From a bacterium (GTDB lineage Bacteria > BMS3Abin14), in assembly GCA_020349685.1 (NCBI GenBank), contig CP070698.1, positions 51,088 through 63,288 of the forward strand: a stretch of DNA of 12,201 nt, given 5' to 3'. The notes beneath the pieces were generated by a model. It did not search any database. It was not told where the DNA came from and saw only the letters and a program-made list of their open reading frames with translations. Made by a program: the position numbers and the translations under genes. Of this stretch, positions 7,706 to 12,201 are shown piece by piece; the stretch's first letter is position 1; each line of letters opens with the position of its first letter.

Positions 7706-10700
7706 TCAGGCCTTCGCGTCGGCATCCGCAAGGGAGGGCCTCAAGCCGGAAACGATCCCCTCGTAAACCTGCCTGACAGCTTCCCTGTTCCGGACCACCT
7801 CATCCAGGAACTTCCTCGCGCCCTCATCGTCGTTGCGATACCCGAGCCCCCGGGCCAAAGGCCTTGCCCTTACAATGTCACTGGGTATCCTCGGGTCCGA
7901 CCGGTCCTGATAGATCTGGGAGCGGTTCTCGATCTCGCGGTAGAAAAGATACGCGCGGCGCAGGGTATTATACTGCTTTTCGTTGACAAGTCCAGCTTCG
8001 GACATGGCCTCGAGCGCCTCAATGGTGGAGGCGGTGCGGACCGTTTCGTAAGATCCCCCGTGGGCCAGCTGGAGTACCTGCACGGCGAACTCCACGTCCA
8101 CGAGCCCCCCCGGGCCGGCCTTGATGTCGTAATGGTCGCCCTTGACCTCCCGCGCGATCTCCTCCTCCATACGGTGCCTGACCCGGACGATCTCATCCAG
8201 GTCCCGGGCGCTGAAGGGCCGGCCGTAGGTCAGGTCGCTGATGAGGGCCGAGACCTCCTCCCTGAAATCCCCGTCACCGGCCACCCACCTGGCCTTGGTC
8301 AGCGCCTGATGCTCCCACACCATGGCCCTTTCCCGGTGGTGGGCCTCGAAACCTTCCAGGGTGGCGACCAGGGGGCCGGCCTGCCCCGAGGGCCTGAGCC
8401 TCATGTCGATGCGGTACAAGATCCCCTCCCCCGTGGGGCTCGAGAGCACCGTGATGACGCGCTGAGCCACCCGTGTGAAGTACTCCCTGCTGGTCCCGGG
8501 CCCCTTGTAAAGGAAGATCATGTCCAGATCCGAACTGTAGTTCATCTCCGCCCCGCCCATCTTCCCCATGGCCACCACGGCAAAACGCCCCTCCCGGGGC
8601 GCTTCGTCCCTGGCCGCCTCCCTTCGGGCGATGGTCAGAGACGCCCCCATCAGGACCTCCGCCAGAGTGGAAAGCTCCTGGTTGATCTGCAGCTGGTCCT
8701 TCATGCCGAGGAGGTCGCCCAGCCCGATCCGGAGGATCTCCCCGTTGCGGTACCGCCGAAGAACGTTGAGCTCATCCTCGAGGGAGGGGCTCGAAAGGAG
8801 CATCCCGCGCACCTCCTCTGCCATGACATCCCTTTCCTTGACGAGGGAAAGGTCGGTCCCCCCGACGACGACGTCCAGGAGGTCCGGGTACCTGATCACC
8901 GAGGAGGACAGGTAGGGGCTCTGGCCGAACAGCGCCACCAGGAGCCTCACGGCGTCCGGGTTGGCCGCCAGCATGGAGTAGTAGGAAGCCCGCGACCCGA
9001 CACGGCTGATGAACCGTTCGAAGTTCACGAGCACCGCGTCCGGATCGGCGACCTCGCCGATGGCGGCGAGCAGTCCCGGGGCGATCTGCCGGAGCAGGTG
9101 CCGGCAGTTGTCCGGGAAATGCGACTGGGGTGGGCCGTCCCTCAGGAGCATGAGGTTGCCGTAGGCGGCCTCGGGGCGTGCGAAACCCTTTTCCCGGAGT
9201 CTGGCCACAACCTCCTCCTTTTCGAGGGTCTCGTCCAGGAGGTCCTCGCCGGCCACTTTCCCGGCCGGGACCGCCACCTGGTTCCTGGAAAAGAACCGGT
9301 CGAAGTGCTCCGCGACCCTGTCCGTCGTGGAATCCAGAGCGGTCTCGAACCCCTTCCGGTCGGGAGACCCGTCCTTGATGAACCCCATGGACCAGGCCAG
9401 CTTGTCCAGGTCCTCGGCAGACCTGGGGAGGAGCTGGGTCTGACGTTCCTCCACCAGCTGGACCCTGTGCTCGACCGTACGCAGGAAGATGTACGCTTCC
9501 CTGAGTTCTTCCGCGTCCCTCTCGGTGAGGAAGCCGTTCTGCATCAGGCGCCGGAGGCTGCGGAGCGAGTTCCTGCCCCGGATGGAGGGTGTTTTCCCGC
9601 CGTTGATGAGCTGGAGGGTCTGGATGAGGAACTCGATCTCCCGGATCCCGCCCCTTCCCAGCTTGACGTCCCTCGCTCCCCGGGACCTCTGCCTCACCTG
9701 GCGGTCGATGCGCTCCTTCAAGAGCCCGATCTCTTCCAAAGTGTCGTAGTCGAGCAGGCGCCTGTAGACGAAGGGGGAGACGGCCTTGAGGAACTCCTCC
9801 CCCAGCGCCCTCTCCCCCCCGATGGCCCGCGCCTTGAGGAGGGCGAGGCGGTCCACGGTACGCCCCCAGGACTGGTAGTAGGTCTCCAGGCTCGGCATGG
9901 AGTAGGCGATCTCGCCCGATTCCCCTTCGGGCCGAAGGCGCAGGTCCACCCTGAAGACGATGCCTTCGGCGGTCCTGTCGCCCAGGAGGCTGGTGACCAT
10001 CTCCCCCATGCGGACGAAGAACCGGTGGTTTTCGATGGCGTCCCTGTACCCCCCCGAAGAGGAGGGGCGTCCGGTGGTCATCCCGTCGTGGGCGGTGTAA
10101 AGGTACATGAGATCGATGTCGGAGCTGTAGTTCAGCTCCCCGCCACCCAGCTTGCCCATACCGAGCACGCAGAACCTGCAGGGGCGGTTCATGCTCTGGT
10201 CCGTGGTGTAGATGGGGATCCCGTGCCTCTCCTTCATCTCACCGTAGGCCTCCTCCACGGCAAAATCCACCGACACCTCCGCCAGGTTGGAGATGTCCAG
10301 GATCGTCTCCTCCAGGGTGGCGGTGCCCAGGAGGTCCCGGACCCCCGTACGGAGCATCTCCCTGTATTTGTTCCGGCGCAGGGCCACGCCTGCGTCCGCC
10401 AGGTCCGGTTCTGTCTCCGTCCGGGTCATGAGGTCGAAGCGCATGTCGGCCATGGTCCTGTCCCCGGTGAGGCCCACCTTCCGCATGAGCCAGATGTAGT
10501 CGCCCGGGGAGCGCATGATGAGGGAGGAGAGGAAGTTGCTGTACCCGAGGATGACCATCAGGGACCGGATGCCGTCGGGGTCCTCCAGCAGGGAGTAGAA
10601 ATTGGGGTCGTCCACCGACGACAGCAGCCGGGCCGTGCGGGCCAGGGCCGAGCGCGGGTCGGCCGTTTCGAGGGCGCTCCTGACCGCGGTGCGGGGGAAC

Positions 10701-10828
10701 AGGGGACCCAGGCCGCGGGTTTGGGACTGGTCAATTATGGAGGACAGGAGCGACGGGAGACCCGATGGATCACGCAGTCGGCCGTTCGCCTTGATCTTCT
10801 GGACCAGCTGGTTGACCGTCTTTGACAT
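7706..10828 (-). CDS. glnE: Bifunctional glutamine synthetase adenylyltransferase/adenylyl-removing enzyme
   Basis: 1040 aa. Two homologous nucleotidyltransferase domains (VLGMGKLGGGELNYSSDIDL...RVDLRLRPEG...KLGRGGIREIEF and VAMGKMGGAEMNYSSDLDM...RIDMRLRPSG...KAGPGGLVDVEF). GGAGAG RBS upstream of the ATG. Confidence 0.96.
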   Translation of the reverse strand: MSKTVNQLVQKIKANGRLRDPSGLPSLLSSIIDQSQTRGLGPLFPRTAVRSALETADPRSALARTARLLSSVDDPNFYSLLEDPDGIRSLMVILGYSNFLSSLIMRSPGDYIWLMRKVGLTGDRTMADMRFDLMTRTETEPDLADAGVALRRNKYREMLRTGVRDLLGTATLEETILDISNLAEVSVDFAVEEAYGEMKERHGIPIYTTDQSMNRPCRFCVLGMGKLGGGELNYSSDIDLMYLYTAHDGMTTGRPSSSGGYRDAIENHRFFVRMGEMVTSLLGDRTAEGIVFRVDLRLRPEGESGEIAYSMPSLETYYQSWGRTVDRLALLKARAIGGERALGEEFLKAVSPFVYRRLLDYDTLEEIGLLKERIDRQVRQRSRGARDVKLGRGGIREIEFLIQTLQLINGGKTPSIRGRNSLRSLRRLMQNGFLTERDAEELREAYIFLRTVEHRVQLVEERQTQLLPRSAEDLDKLAWSMGFIKDGSPDRKGFETALDSTTDRVAEHFDRFFSRNQVAVPAGKVAGEDLLDETLEKEEVVARLREKGFARPEAAYGNLMLLRDGPPQSHFPDNCRHLLRQIAPGLLAAIGEVADPDAVLVNFERFISRVGSRASYYSMLAANPDAVRLLVALFGQSPYLSSSVIRYPDLLDVVVGGTDLSLVKERDVMAEEVRGMLLSSPSLEDELNVLRRYRNGEILRIGLGDLLGMKDQLQINQELSTLAEVLMGASLTIARREAARDEAPREGRFAVVAMGKMGGAEMNYSSDLDMIFLYKGPGTSREYFTRVAQRVITVLSSPTGEGILYRIDMRLRPSGQAGPLVATLEGFEAHHRERAMVWEHQALTKARWVAGDGDFREEVSALISDLTYGRPFSARDLDEIVRVRHRMEEEIAREVKGDHYDIKAGPGGLVDVEFAVQVLQLAHGGSYETVRTASTIEALEAMSEAGLVNEKQYNTLRRAYLFYREIENRSQIYQDRSDPRIPSDIVRARPLARGLGYRNDDEGARKFLDEVVRNREAVRQVYEGIVSGLRPSLADADAKA

Positions 10829-10838
10829 CGTCTCTCCG

Positions 10839-11885
<1,047 letters not shown>

Positions 11886-11910
11886 GGGCGGCGGTCCTCC
11901 GCGTATCAAT

Positions 11911-12052
11911 GGACACGGGGACACGGAGTTTATTGTGTCTACGTGTCAACGTATCTACGTATCTAAGTTCCCAGGTAAAATCCCATTAACCCTCTACCTA
12001 GATACTTAGTTACCTACATACCAAGTTAAAGGAGCACAAAATCCCGTGTCCC
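11911..12052. repeat. Nested mirrored octamer arrays upstream of mtnA
   Basis: Inner pair: gtgtctac gtgtcaac gtatctac gtatctaa gttcccag (11935-11974) versus ctagatac ttagttac ctacatac (11998-12021; reverse complements gtatctag, gtaactaa, gtatgtag). Outer pair: ggacacgg ggacacgg (11911-11926) versus cccgtgtccc (12043-12052). Confidence 0.8.
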
Positions 12053-12124
12053 AGCGTCAAACGGTTAGGGACATCGCTGCCGCCATAATACCCACACACG
12101 CTCTGAAGGGGAAGGGGGGAAGGG

Positions 12125-12159
12125 CAGTGTCTGGTGTCTGGTGTCTGGTGTCTCGGGTC
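12125..12159. repeat. Tandem heptamer array (TGGTGTC)n
   Basis: cagtgtc tggtgtc tggtgtc tggtgtc tcgggtc; same unit and orientation as the left arm at 6666-6695. Confidence 0.9.
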
Positions 12160-12201
12160 CGGCATATCGCTCCAAAGTGGCAAGATCGCGCTGGCTGATC
12201 C

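Noticed and set aside
7595-10825. 1076-aa ORF antisense to glnE
   Set aside because: It is codon-aligned with glnE, so stops arise only opposite TTA/CTA/TCA, which are rare in this GC-rich codon usage; it ends exactly opposite glnE's second codon (TCA). It has no recognisable motifs and is a shadow ORF.
12106-12124. G-rich run aaggggaaggggggaaggg as a G-quadruplex
   Set aside because: It has only three separated G-tracts, which is insufficient support.
11886-12201. SAM riboswitch upstream of mtnA
   Set aside because: No SAM-I conserved elements are recognisable by eye on the minus strand; an Rfam scan would be needed to exclude other classes.
12010-12201. 3' end of a minus-strand gene entering from the window edge
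   Set aside because: All three minus-strand frames are open across this short stretch and none gives a recognisable protein, so it cannot be called without flanking sequence.

Overview
GC-rich bacterial housekeeping region with seven intact CDSs. The + strand carries a ferric-iron ABC transporter operon (binding protein, permease, ATPase; FbpABC/FutABC type) preceded by a strong Fur-box-like operator. Converging on it from the - strand is a tightly packed mtnA-glnE-ilvE-polA cluster. The proteins are conventional; the unusual signal is non-coding. All three sizeable spacers (fbpC/polA, ilvE/polA, upstream of mtnA) hold two mirror-image arrays of short tandem 7- or 8-bp units around an AT-rich core. 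The unit differs at each site, although the units share a TGTC-type core. One element runs into the fbpC reading frame, one is nested, and a further array near the window end lacks a partner inside the window. No RNA genes, transposases or CRISPR arrays were seen.
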